Shown here: one piece after another, positions 44,078 to 53,588 of the stretch | How the letters are laid out: each line of letters opens with the position of its first letter | Numbering within the stretch: position 1 is the first letter of the stretch | Assembly: GCA_003151395.1 (NCBI GenBank) | Contig: PLXJ01000039.1 | Location: 56,969 to 120,968 of the forward strand | Source: Actinomycetota bacterium | Lineage (GTDB): Bacteria > Actinomycetota > Actinomycetes > Nanopelagicales > Nanopelagicaceae | DNA: 64,000 bases | Direction: 5' to 3' | Made by a program: the position numbers and the translations under genes | The notes under the pieces: model-generated | What the model saw: only the letters and a program-made list of their open reading frames with translations | What the model was told of the DNA's origin: nothing | Databases searched by the model: none

Positions 44078-45883
44078 TTAAGCCTTCAACTTCTTGATGA
44101 GTCGAGCCACAAGTGCAATAAGGGCGACCTGTTTTGCCAGGACGGCGGTTACACGTGCGTTCAAAACCACCATGGCAGCTACTGCTGCCGCTGCTTGTGC
44201 TCCAGCGGCTTTTGCAGCCGTGGTGGCGGCATCAGCGTTGGAAGCAGCCAAAGTAGCAGCAACTGTTGCTGCCTTAGCAGCGGTTGTTGCTTCATTAGCA
44301 GCGTCAATTGCACCTTGAACAGAACCTGTTGAGCCAGAGACCGCGAAGAGTGCACTGTTGGTAGTTATACCTGCAGCTGCCGGCGCAACGAAAGCAAGTG
44401 AAGAAAGCGTTCCACCTGCGATCACGACATTTGCTGCAGATGCTGGGGAATAAACGACCACGCTAGATACTCCACCAACGAATGTAATTGCACCCGTAGT
44501 AGGAAGTGCTCCTTGGAGTCCGATATTTGAAGTCGGAGCAGTAGAGAACAATCCAGTGTAAGTACCATCGGCCACTTGACGTCCGGCTGCATCAGTTGCA
44601 GTCAAGGTGTACACAACCTTGGTACCAGGAGCATAGGTTGCTGCATCGGTAGAAGCTACAACTTTTGCAACAACTGGTGAAACCACCAAAACGGTTGTTG
44701 TAGCTACAACTTTGCCTGTAGCGGTATCAGAGAAGGTAAGTATTGTTGAACCTTCTGCAACCGGGATGATGTTTACAAATGATGAAGCGTTTGCTGGGTC
44801 ATAAGTAATCGCACCAACATTTGCTACGGAAGTTGTTCCCGAAGTAACTGTAATACCGGTTGAAGCAGGAATTGCATTTCCGTTTACATCTTTAGCGACT
44901 ACAGAGACTGCCGCCATGCCAGCTACAACTACAGTTGAATTGATTCCCTCAGTCGCCTTTGGAACAAATCCTGCAGGCATAGTGAGTGGGACGTTCGTAT
45001 TAGTTGTTGCAACGAGTGAAGCGACGACTGTGCTATGGAAGATAACTGAGAAGGTGCCAAGCACAATTCCAGCAGTTGAGTCAGAAACCGTCACTGTTGA
45101 AGTTCCAGAAGTTCCGTCTCCGAATATCAAAACATAGGCTGTTGAACCAGCAGCTACGTTACTAACAGCACGACCACCAGCTGCAGCTGCTGCTGCGGCA
45201 TAAGTTGCACCGATTTGGAGAATTCCAGGTCCGGTAACGGATGCTGAAATTACGTCGGTCGTAATTGCAACAGGAGTCGAAGCGTTATTGTTCAAAAGAA
45301 CGTATGCGCCGCCACCAAGGGTGTTCACAGTGTAAATCGCAGAAAGACCAGTGTCTTCGGTTGCGACTGTTGTCTTAGGTGTTCCACCAGAGATATCTGC
45401 AGCAGTGTTTGATGCGACCACTGAATTTGCTGCAGAAGCTACTGCTGGAGCGCCCCATGTAATAGTCAAAGTAATTGCAGTTGAACTGCTACCAGCGAGG
45501 GTCACAACTTGAGTTCCAGCAGTTGCTGAGTAGACAGAAACAGTCATGGTCTCTGATCCAGCAAAGTTAGTGGTACCAATTGCACCGGTGCCTGCTGACC
45601 AAATTTCGGCAGCGCCACTGGTAGAAAGTGTGGTTGTTGCTGGGGCAGTTGGATAGTTAACAACGCCACCAGTTGAAGAAATGGTGTAGTACTTATCAGC
45701 GCTGCCTGCAGCGATGACCTCTGTCGTGTAATTTCCAGTGATGAGGCTCGCCGTTGAACTAGTTGCGCTGCCAGCAAGAGTTGGAGCTGTTAAGGCATTG
45801 GCTGAAACGGCAGAAATTCCGCCGATCGCTACTGCAGCGGCCGCAATAAGTGCGACTCGCTTGAATACTGTTTTTGTAGACAT
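44078..45883 (-). CDS. Secreted Ala/Thr/Ser/Gly/Val-rich protein with Ig-like segments and a C-terminal heptad coiled-coil: paralog 2
   Basis: 601 aa, collinear with paralog 1 and highly similar in the N-terminal third. Signal peptide MSTKTVFKRVALIAAAAVAIGGISAVSANA. C-terminus ...LIALVARLIKKLKA. SD AAAGGAAAG. Confidence 0.8.
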   Translation of the reverse strand: MSTKTVFKRVALIAAAAVAIGGISAVSANALTAPTLAGSATSSTASLITGNYTTEVIAAGSADKYYTISSTGGVVNYPTAPATTTLSTSGAAEIWSAGTGAIGTTNFAGSETMTVSVYSATAGTQVVTLAGSSSTAITLTITWGAPAVASAANSVVASNTAADISGGTPKTTVATEDTGLSAIYTVNTLGGGAYVLLNNNASTPVAITTDVISASVTGPGILQIGATYAAAAAAAGGRAVSNVAAGSTAYVLIFGDGTSGTSTVTVSDSTAGIVLGTFSVIFHSTVVASLVATTNTNVPLTMPAGFVPKATEGINSTVVVAGMAAVSVVAKDVNGNAIPASTGITVTSGTTSVANVGAITYDPANASSFVNIIPVAEGSTILTFSDTATGKVVATTTVLVVSPVVAKVVASTDAATYAPGTKVVYTLTATDAAGRQVADGTYTGLFSTAPTSNIGLQGALPTTGAITFVGGVSSVVVYSPASAANVVIAGGTLSSLAFVAPAAAGITTNSALFAVSGSTGSVQGAIDAANEATTAAKAATVAATLAASNADAATTAAKAAGAQAAAAVAAMVVLNARVTAVLAKQVALIALVARLIKKLKA

Positions 45884-45982
45884 TGCTTTCCTTTCAAAGA
45901 GAGTCGATTTGAAGTATTTCTTCCGCTCGACCTAGCCACGTAGAGCAAATTCGCAGAACGCGAGAAGCTTTTTATTGACCGC

Positions 45983-46011
45983 GAAATGAGACGCACGTGC
46001 TGTCTTATTTC
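45983..46011 (-). promoter_or_regulatory. Conserved leader stem-loop or palindrome 100-128 nt upstream of paralog 2
   Basis: GAAATGAGA-(11 nt containing GCACGTGC)-TCTTATTTC. Pairing is kept by one G-to-A / C-to-T double change and one G-U wobble relative to copy 1. Confidence 0.55.
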
Positions 46012-46128
46012 TATGTCTTCACCGTAGCCGAGAGATATTGTGAATAGGTTGTGAGAACAGTGTTTTTAGGGGTCTGGATGAAGATTGCAAATTAATTGCA
46101 AGGTAAATGAAAGTGGATCGCCTTGTAA

Positions 46129-47469
46129 TTAAAGAGTTGCGAAAGCCTGATCTAAAACACTTAGTGCATCTGTTAGTAACTCATCACTAATAACTAATGG
46201 CGGCAGGAATCGAATGACATTGCTGTAGGTACCAGCAGTCAAAATGAAAACACCGTTTGCGGTGCAGTACTTAATGACCTTACTCATTGCAGCGCTATTT
46301 GGTTCGATTGATCCAGGAACAATAAGTTCTATCGCCTGCATTGCTCCTCGGCCGCGGACCTCACCAATAACTGGATACTTGACGGCAAGTTCCCGAAGTC
46401 CTGCACCTAACAATTGGCCAATGTGCTTTGCGCGTTCGATTAATCCATCTTCTTCGATGGTCGCTATTGCGCCAAGTGCTGCTGCACAGGCAACAGGGTT
46501 ACCACCGAATGTTCCTCCGAGGCCCGATACATGAACGGAATCCATGATTTCTGCGCGACCAGTAATTCCGGCTAGTGGTAAACCACCAGCAATTCCTTTA
46601 GCAGTGATCAAAATATCTGGAACAACGTTCTCCTCTTCAATAGCGAACATGTGACCCGTACGAGCGAAACCAGATTGAACTTCATCTGCCATAAAAACGA
46701 TGCCATGCTGCCTAGAATATTCGGCGAGCGCTGGTAAGAATCCCTTGGGCGGAACGATGAATCCACCTTCACCTTGGATCGGTTCAATCAAAATTGCTGC
46801 AACGTTATGTGCACCTATCTCTTTATCAATTTTGTGGGTAATCATTTCGATGGCATCTTGGGTAATTGTTGCCTTCGGTCCAATCCAGCGATACTCGTAT
46901 GGCATTGGCACGCGATAAATCTCGGGAGCAAATGGCCCAAATCCCTCTTTATAAGGCATGTTCTTGGCATTCAATGCCATGGTTAGATTTGTGCGGCCGT
47001 GATACGCATGTTCGAAAACGACGATTGCTTGACGCTTTGTGTAATGGCGCGCAATCTTTACCGCGTTTTCTACTGCCTCGGCCCCGGAGTTAGCAAGCAT
47101 CGACTTCTTCTTGTGAGTACCTGGTGTTAGGCGATTGAGCGCTTCACACACCTCGATGTAATTAATATATGGGGCAACGGTGAAACATGTGTGGGTGAAA
47201 GCTTGCACTTGATCGATCACATTAGCGACAACGCGTGAAGCGCTATTACCGACATTTGTGACACCGATACCAGATCCCATATCAATGATCTGATTGCCAT
47301 CAAGGTCTAGCAAGATGGCGTCACTTGCACGTTCGATTACAACGGGGAATGTAAGACCTAGTCCACCAGCAACAGCTTCAGCGCGACGCTGGATTGCAGC
47401 GTTAGATTTTGGTCCTGGGATTGAAGTGACCACGCGACGAACTTGATCGAGGTTTGTAAGTGTTGTCAT
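46129..47469 (-). CDS. gabT: 4-aminobutyrate--2-oxoglutarate transaminase (class III aminotransferase)
   Basis: IPGPKS N-terminus, FMADEVQSGFARTG block and 446 aa from the internal ATG at 47469. The track ORF adds 35 residues that look non-coding. Confidence 0.85.
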   Translation of the reverse strand: MTTLTNLDQVRRVVTSIPGPKSNAAIQRRAEAVAGGLGLTFPVVIERASDAILLDLDGNQIIDMGSGIGVTNVGNSASRVVANVIDQVQAFTHTCFTVAPYINYIEVCEALNRLTPGTHKKKSMLANSGAEAVENAVKIARHYTKRQAIVVFEHAYHGRTNLTMALNAKNMPYKEGFGPFAPEIYRVPMPYEYRWIGPKATITQDAIEMITHKIDKEIGAHNVAAILIEPIQGEGGFIVPPKGFLPALAEYSRQHGIVFMADEVQSGFARTGHMFAIEEENVVPDILITAKGIAGGLPLAGITGRAEIMDSVHVSGLGGTFGGNPVACAAALGAIATIEEDGLIERAKHIGQLLGAGLRELAVKYPVIGEVRGRGAMQAIELIVPGSIEPNSAAMSKVIKYCTANGVFILTAGTYSNVIRFLPPLVISDELLTDALSVLDQAFATL

Positions 47470-47532
47470 GGGAAAAGTGTACGACCAGTTTTCTAACTCG
47501 CGTCCCAAGGATAGTCGGAGCAGAGATACGAT

Positions 47533-49005
47533 ATGAACGTGGATGTAAATAGGAGGGAAGCCGACTCGGAACACAAGGAACCGTTACGCTCCCACGCCCC
47601 TTTGCTGGACGCCTACTTAAAGTATTTCGAGAGAGGCGGACCGGCCTTCACAATTCCTGGGCACAAGCAGAAAGCCCACAAACTGGATGCTGGCTTAGGC
47701 GCGGTGGTAGATCGCGACATCCCGCTCTACGGTGGCCTAGATGAGATCAAACTTACTCATGGCACCTTAAAGCGCGCTGAACAAATGGCCGCGGAATATT
47801 GGCGCGCTGACTACGCCAGATTTTCAACTGGAGGTTCTACCCACGCTAATCAGGCGATCATTCTGGCGCTCGGGCAGCCTGGTCAAAAGGTTGCGGTTTC
47901 TCGAACCGCACATCGCTCAGTATTAAGTGCGCTGGTGCTCGCAGGTTTAGAACCCATTTGGATGACTCCTGAGATCGATCCTGTGACTGGGTTTCCGATT
48001 GGGATTGGGCTACGCGAAATCCAGCGAGCGCTTAAAGAAAATCCCATAGCAATTTTGTTAACTGAACCGGGCTACTTAGGAACCATGTCAGAGCTTGGGC
48101 CAATTGTTGCCGCTGCTCACGCACAATCAATTCCCGTGGTCATCGATGCTGCATGGGGTGGTCACTTTGGAATCAACAATAAATTTCCTAGGAACTGCTT
48201 GCAACTTGGGGCAGATGTCTTGGTTACTAGTATTCATAAAGCGCTTCCTGGTTACAGCGCATCAGCTTTATTGCTCGCTCAAGGAAAATATATAGATTTG
48301 GCGCGCGTGGAACAGAGTTTTGAAACAACGCACACAACGTCACCGGCTGGAGCTCCACTCGCGTCGATTGATGGAGTACGTGCTTTGTTGTCACTTCGAG
48401 GTAAAGAGTTGTTGGAGAACCTGCTCCAAAATGTTGACGATTTTAAGGCGCGAATTCAATCGCACTTTCAACTCCCCATTTTTCTGTATGCGAGTGATTT
48501 CCCTGCTGGTCGTTTTGACCCGACCAAAATTGTGCTTCGCGCCAATCAGCTTGGAGCCAGTGGGGTTGATATCGAAAATGAATTAGTAAGGTTCGGCATC
48601 CGCGTCGAAATGGCCGACAGAGACACAATGGTTTTTCTTGCCACAATCGCTGATACCTCTGACGATTTCGCCCTACTAGCCGATCGTCTGATTCCAATTC
48701 TTCAAAAACTCCAGAAGGAACCACGTCCCTCAGCAACAGCCCTGAGTTGGTCCGTTGTGCCCCAAGTCGGCACCACCATGCGAAACGCCTATTTCGCTCA
48801 AACAGAAATGGTGGCGGCAGATAAGGCGACAGGACGTATTAGCGCTGACCTGATCGCCCCCTACCCACCTGGGGTTGCGGTAATCGCGCCTGGAGAAGTT
48901 TTGACTGAGCAGATAGTGGTTGGTCTAGCCGCCGCTCAGGCTGCAGGGGTTCGAATCGCATATGCAACGGATACCTCGCTAGCAACCTATCGCGTTATTT
49001 TATAA
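47533..49005 (+). CDS. PLP-dependent Orn/Lys/Arg decarboxylase family protein
   Basis: FTIPGHK..., GGSTHANQA and SIHKALPG (PLP lysine) blocks. 490 aa. Confidence 0.75.
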   Translation: MNVDVNRREADSEHKEPLRSHAPLLDAYLKYFERGGPAFTIPGHKQKAHKLDAGLGAVVDRDIPLYGGLDEIKLTHGTLKRAEQMAAEYWRADYARFSTGGSTHANQAIILALGQPGQKVAVSRTAHRSVLSALVLAGLEPIWMTPEIDPVTGFPIGIGLREIQRALKENPIAILLTEPGYLGTMSELGPIVAAAHAQSIPVVIDAAWGGHFGINNKFPRNCLQLGADVLVTSIHKALPGYSASALLLAQGKYIDLARVEQSFETTHTTSPAGAPLASIDGVRALLSLRGKELLENLLQNVDDFKARIQSHFQLPIFLYASDFPAGRFDPTKIVLRANQLGASGVDIENELVRFGIRVEMADRDTMVFLATIADTSDDFALLADRLIPILQKLQKEPRPSATALSWSVVPQVGTTMRNAYFAQTEMVAADKATGRISADLIAPYPPGVAVIAPGEVLTEQIVVGLAAAQAAGVRIAYATDTSLATYRVIL

Positions 49006-50140
49006 GGCTTTTGTAGAGAGCTACAGTTTCCTGCGCGATTGAATCCCAACTAAATTGATCAATCGCTCGGACTCGTCCAGCTTCACCATATTTACGCAAT
49101 AGATCTCTATCACTCATCAGTTCATTTATTTTTTCGGTGAAAGCCGCTTCAAATTCTGCAGCATTGCCCGAGTAATGAATTAATTCTCCGGTCATACCGT
49201 CCGCAACAACTTCGGGGATTCCGCCAACATCACTTGCGAGTACCGCAGTTTCGCATGCCATTGCCTCTAAGTTAACGATTCCAAGTGGTTCATAAATTGA
49301 TGGACATAAAAATAAATCGGCACTTGAAAGCAACGCAATAACATCAGGCTGTGGTGCCATCTTGCTAATCCAGATAACATTGCTACGCGTTGCTTGCAAT
49401 TCCTCAATGGCGGCTTGAACTTCAGCGCCTATACCGGCTTCATCTGGACTTCCAGCACATAACACCAATCCGAATTGTGGATCAACGTTCTTCCACGCAC
49501 GCAATAAATGTGCCAACCCTTTTTGGCGGGTAATGCGACCCACAAAAATTGCGTAAGGTCCAGTAACACCTAAGGATGCAAGGAGTTCGGGATTTGATTG
49601 TGGGTAGTAAGTGTCGGTATCGATTCCATTTAAAATTGCATGAACCTTATTGGGATCAAGCGTTGGATAGGCTCTTAGGACATCGCGTCGCATTCCTTGC
49701 GATACCGCGATGATTGCGTCGGCGGCCTCGTATGCTGTCTTTTCGGCCCACGAAGAAATTCGGTACCCACCACCGATCTGCTCTTCTTTCCATGGACGAT
49801 CTGGCTCCAGAGAATGAGCGGTTATGACATGCGGGATCTTGTACAAGATCTTTGCAAAGTGGCCGGCCATATTGGCATACCAGGTATGGGAGTGGACGAT
49901 GTCGACGCCCGCTAAGTTTGAGGCGATCTGCGCATCTGTGATCAGGGCCTGCATTGCGGGGTTAAGCTGCTGTTCCGCCGGCGTCAATTCGTAAGCAGTC
50001 GCATCGGTCCGAGGTTCGCCGAAACAGTGAATATCCACTTCTACCAAGGTTTGAAGGCTTTTGGCTAAGTACTTCACATGAACGCCCGCGCCACCATAAA
50101 TATGTGGGGGCCACTCTTTGGTGACAATTCCAACTTTCAT
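48995..50140 (-). CDS. glgA: Actinobacterial glycogen-synthase-family GT4 glycosyltransferase (GlgM-type maltose-1-phosphate synthase)
   Basis: MKVGIVTKEWPPHIYGGAGVHV N-terminus and the E-x7-E region (YEPLGIVNLEAMACETAV). Divergent from glgC as in Mycobacterium. Start set at ATG 50140. Confidence 0.85.
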   Translation of the reverse strand: MKVGIVTKEWPPHIYGGAGVHVKYLAKSLQTLVEVDIHCFGEPRTDATAYELTPAEQQLNPAMQALITDAQIASNLAGVDIVHSHTWYANMAGHFAKILYKIPHVITAHSLEPDRPWKEEQIGGGYRISSWAEKTAYEAADAIIAVSQGMRRDVLRAYPTLDPNKVHAILNGIDTDTYYPQSNPELLASLGVTGPYAIFVGRITRQKGLAHLLRAWKNVDPQFGLVLCAGSPDEAGIGAEVQAAIEELQATRSNVIWISKMAPQPDVIALLSSADLFLCPSIYEPLGIVNLEAMACETAVLASDVGGIPEVVADGMTGELIHYSGNAAEFEAAFTEKINELMSDRDLLRKYGEAGRVRAIDQFSWDSIAQETVALYKSLIK

Positions 50141-50202
50141 CGGCCACTCCATCAATCGGGTAAGCCCTTATCTTACGGGCAAATTTGAGATACCGTTTTT
50201 CC

Positions 50203-51423
50203 ATGAGTAGTAGAGACGAACTGATTTCGATCGTACTAGCGGGTGGCGAGGGCAAGCGACTTCTTCCACTAACACACGATCGCGCAAAACCAGCGGTCCC
50301 ATTTGGTGGTGCGTACAGGTTGATCGACTTCGTATTATCCAATCTCGTCAATGGCAACATGCGCAAAATCGCGGTGCTCACGCAATATAAATCTCATTCA
50401 CTCGACAAACACATCACGACTACTTGGCGTATGTCATCACTTACCAATAACTACGTTACAACTGTTCCAGCTCAACAGCGCCTCGGTCCACGTTGGTACA
50501 CCGGAAGTGCTGATGCAATTTTGCAGAATTTTAATTTGATTCACGACGAGGACCCTAAATATGTACTCGTATTCGGTGCAGATCACGTATACCGGATGGA
50601 TCCAGACCAGATGTTTGATTTTCACAAAGAGTACGGTGCCGCGGTAACAGTCGCCGCGATCCGCGTACCTCAAAATCAAGCGAGCGAGTTTGGCGTAATC
50701 GAGTTAGAGCCAGATGGTGTAACAATCAAGGCTTTCCATGAAAAACCTGCAAACCCACCATCAATTCCGGGTGAGCCCGAGTGGTCCTTGATTTCGATGG
50801 GTAATTACATCTTCAATCGCAGGGCAATGGAAGAAGTTCTCATCGAAGACTCTCGAGATGAATCTAGTAAACATGACTTAGGGACAAACATCATTCCGAT
50901 GTTATCGAGTCGCGGCCAAGCCGTTGCCTATGACTTCAACTTGAATATCGTTCCCGGTGAAACCGAACGCGATCACGGTTATTGGCGTGATCTGGGAACT
51001 CTTCAGTCCTATTACGAATCACACATGGATTTGGTATCCATCCACCCGATCTTCAATTTATACAATCGGGAGTGGCCAGTTCTTACCCACCTACCGCCTT
51101 TACCCCCCGCTAAGTTCAGTGGCTCAGGCAGCGCGGTAGATTCAATAGTCGGTGCCGGTTCAATTATTGCTGGCGGACGAGTAGAAAGTTCTGTTATTTC
51201 CTACGATGTTCGGATCGCGTCAGGGGCAGTTATTCAAAGCTCTGTTGTAATGCCTAACGTTGTTATAGGTAGTGGGGCAATCATCCGCAATGCAATCATT
51301 GATAAAGGTGTAGTAGTCGAGCCTGGAGCTCAACTTGGTGTGAATTTGGAAAAGGATGCCAAGCGTTACACCGTTACCGAATCAGGACTTGTCGTTGTTG
51401 GTAAAGGACAAGTCGTTACTTAG
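50203..51423 (+). CDS. glgC: Glucose-1-phosphate adenylyltransferase
   Basis: [25 protein letters not shown] motif and a left-handed beta-helix C-terminus. Start set at ATG 50203. Confidence 0.93.
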   Translation: MSSRDELISIVLAGGEGKRLLPLTHDRAKPAVPFGGAYRLIDFVLSNLVNGNMRKIAVLTQYKSHSLDKHITTTWRMSSLTNNYVTTVPAQQRLGPRWYTGSADAILQNFNLIHDEDPKYVLVFGADHVYRMDPDQMFDFHKEYGAAVTVAAIRVPQNQASEFGVIELEPDGVTIKAFHEKPANPPSIPGEPEWSLISMGNYIFNRRAMEEVLIEDSRDESSKHDLGTNIIPMLSSRGQAVAYDFNLNIVPGETERDHGYWRDLGTLQSYYESHMDLVSIHPIFNLYNREWPVLTHLPPLPPAKFSGSGSAVDSIVGAGSIIAGGRVESSVISYDVRIASGAVIQSSVVMPNVVIGSGAIIRNAIIDKGVVVEPGAQLGVNLEKDAKRYTVTESGLVVVGKGQVVT

Positions 51424-53548
51424 AAACGGATGCTCTGTTAACGAGCCAGACCTGAACGGCATGTGACTGCAAGATTACCTTGCTCTCGGGCGCGGCCAAT
51501 CGTGGAGAGTAATGCATGACGTTTTCCGCAGAGTCAAAGACCGATCTAAATGAATCGCCTATATGTGACCCTGGAAGCGTGAACTCTTTTTGGAGAATCG
51601 AACCGTTAAACATCAATAGCAAGCCACGATCCTCACCCGCCTCCACATACATCATGAGGTTACGGTTATCGAGCTTGTCCCAATCCGATTGCGTCATCTC
51701 TAGTCCACTGCGAGAAAACCAAGCTAGATCCTTTCTGGAAGTATTGAGGTCGAGCTGTCCCGTAAAGAACATTCTGGCCACCGGCATCAAATAGTTTTTA
51801 CGTAAACGGATTAAGTTGATGGTCGTTTCGAGCATGTCAATCTGCTTTGCATCGAATTTCCAACTCAGAGCCCACCCACCATTAAAAGCGTTTTCATCAA
51901 GTAGCTCTTCACCGCGCTTGAGGTTGGGAAGCGAATAAGCGTTATTCGATCCCATCTGGGTACGTCCGACTTCATCCCCCATGGTGATCATTGGAATACC
52001 AGCAGAAAGAAGGAGGCAAGTCATCATTGATTTCTTGAGGCGCTGTCGAATTTCGTTGATACTGACATGATTTGTTACGCCTTCTATTCCTGCGTTCCAC
52101 GAATAGTTGGCATCAGTGCCGTCGCGATTCTCCTCGCCGTTGGCCTCGTTATGTTTGCGGGTATAGGTAACTAGATCATTAAGGGTGAAACCATCATGTG
52201 CCGTTAGAAAATTAATTGTTGACGTTGGCCCTCGATAGGCAAAAATGTCATGTGATCCAGAAAGCCTTGTTGCCAATTCTCCAACTCCAGTTGGAGCAGA
52301 TCCCCCGGCCTCGGCGAGCCAAAATTTTCGGAGCGCATCCCGATATTTGTCATTCCACTCCCGCCACGGATAGGGAAAATAGCCGAGCGCATATCCGCGG
52401 GTGTCCCACGGTTCGGCGATAAGTTTGCGCTCTCGCAAGACTGGATCGGCAACCATCGCGACAATGAGCGCAGAAATTCCATCGATTTCATCATGACTTC
52501 GCGCAAGCGCAGCAGCTAAATCAAAACGAAAACCATCAATCCCGATTTCCTCTGCCCACCAGTGGAGTGAATCAATGATCATCCGCACCACATGTGGACG
52601 ACGAACATCGACGGTATTACCGCAACCTGTGAAATCGTCGTAGGCATCTTCGGTGGAGCGGCGATAAAAATTGCGCGAATCAATTCCCCGGAAGGAGAGC
52701 GTGGGACCACTAACGCCACCTTCAGCGGTGTGGTTATAGACGACATCTAGCAAGACTTCGATTCCAGCGTCATGCAACTTAGATACCGCTTCACGCAATT
52801 CTGAAACTGGATCATCGGTTGCCGCGTATCCGGCGTGTGGCGCTGAAAATGCAATCGCGTTATAGCCCCAGTGATTGACGCGACCGCGAGCATGAATTGC
52901 CGGTTCCGTGATGAATTGGTGAATAGGTAGAAGTTCAAGCGCAGTAATACCCAAAGTTTGCAGGTAATTGATCGTGCTCGGGTGGCCGAGGGCTTTATAA
53001 GTCCCGCGTTCGTTCTCTGGGATTTGATGGTTGAACTCGGTCAATCCGCGGACGTGTGCCTCATAGATAATTGTGGTCGACCAACCAGTAATTGGGCGAC
53101 TATCTATCGCGCGTCTGCTTGCGACAACAACTGAATGCGGAACAAATTGTAAATTGTCCCTAGTATCTAAAACTGAAAGATCTCCGGTGCCAATGCCATC
53201 CGTAGCCACATGTGCGTAGATTTCTGGAACATATTGGAGTTCGCCTACGAGGGTATGAGCACTCGGGTCGATCAACAATTTATTTGGGTTGAAACGCCAA
53301 CCTTTTGCCGGATCCCATGGTCCGTAAACCCTAAATCCGTAGCGCTGACCGGCTCGGACACCTTGAAAGTAACCGTGATAAATCGGACCGTTACGGTCAA
53401 CAAGATCGTGGCGAGTTTCGATAAATTTTCCATCGACCAGATCGATTAAACAGAGTTCGACCTTAGATGCGGAAGGGGCCCAGATAGCGAAGTTGGTGCC
53501 CTCGTGGGTTAGATGCGAACCTAAATATCTCTGGTCGCCTTTAGCCAT
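51416..53548 (-). CDS. glgX: Glycogen debranching enzyme GlgX
   Basis: GH13 blocks DVVYNHT, GFRFDLA and EPWD. N-terminal CBM48-like [11 protein letters not shown]. 710 aa. Confidence 0.93.
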   Translation of the reverse strand: MAKGDQRYLGSHLTHEGTNFAIWAPSASKVELCLIDLVDGKFIETRHDLVDRNGPIYHGYFQGVRAGQRYGFRVYGPWDPAKGWRFNPNKLLIDPSAHTLVGELQYVPEIYAHVATDGIGTGDLSVLDTRDNLQFVPHSVVVASRRAIDSRPITGWSTTIIYEAHVRGLTEFNHQIPENERGTYKALGHPSTINYLQTLGITALELLPIHQFITEPAIHARGRVNHWGYNAIAFSAPHAGYAATDDPVSELREAVSKLHDAGIEVLLDVVYNHTAEGGVSGPTLSFRGIDSRNFYRRSTEDAYDDFTGCGNTVDVRRPHVVRMIIDSLHWWAEEIGIDGFRFDLAAALARSHDEIDGISALIVAMVADPVLRERKLIAEPWDTRGYALGYFPYPWREWNDKYRDALRKFWLAEAGGSAPTGVGELATRLSGSHDIFAYRGPTSTINFLTAHDGFTLNDLVTYTRKHNEANGEENRDGTDANYSWNAGIEGVTNHVSINEIRQRLKKSMMTCLLLSAGIPMITMGDEVGRTQMGSNNAYSLPNLKRGEELLDENAFNGGWALSWKFDAKQIDMLETTINLIRLRKNYLMPVARMFFTGQLDLNTSRKDLAWFSRSGLEMTQSDWDKLDNRNLMMYVEAGEDRGLLLMFNGSILQKEFTLPGSHIGDSFRSVFDSAENVMHYSPRLAAPESKVILQSHAVQVWLVNRASVSK

Positions 53549-53588
53549 TGGGAGAGGATAGCGTCAAATATCTAGCCTCAATACGTGA

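Noticed and set aside
41135-45935. Numerous 60-90-aa ORFs on both strands inside the two surface-protein genes (for example 41623..41895+, 44094..44318+, 44916..45137+, 45544..45777-).
   Set aside because: They are compositional artefacts of Ala/Thr/Val-rich coding sequence. The long frames with a signal peptide, SD and terminator explain the region.
32813-46128. Whether the envelope loci are a horizontally acquired island or prophage remnant.
   Set aside because: I saw no phage, integrase, transposase or tRNA boundary. The composition differences seen are explained by the low-complexity protein content. The loci are treated as accessory-like but chromosomal.
49962-50381. 139-aa minus-strand ORF spanning the glgA/glgC divergent promoter.
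   Set aside because: It overlaps both well-supported genes out of frame and has an Arg/Ser/Pro-rich shadow-frame composition.
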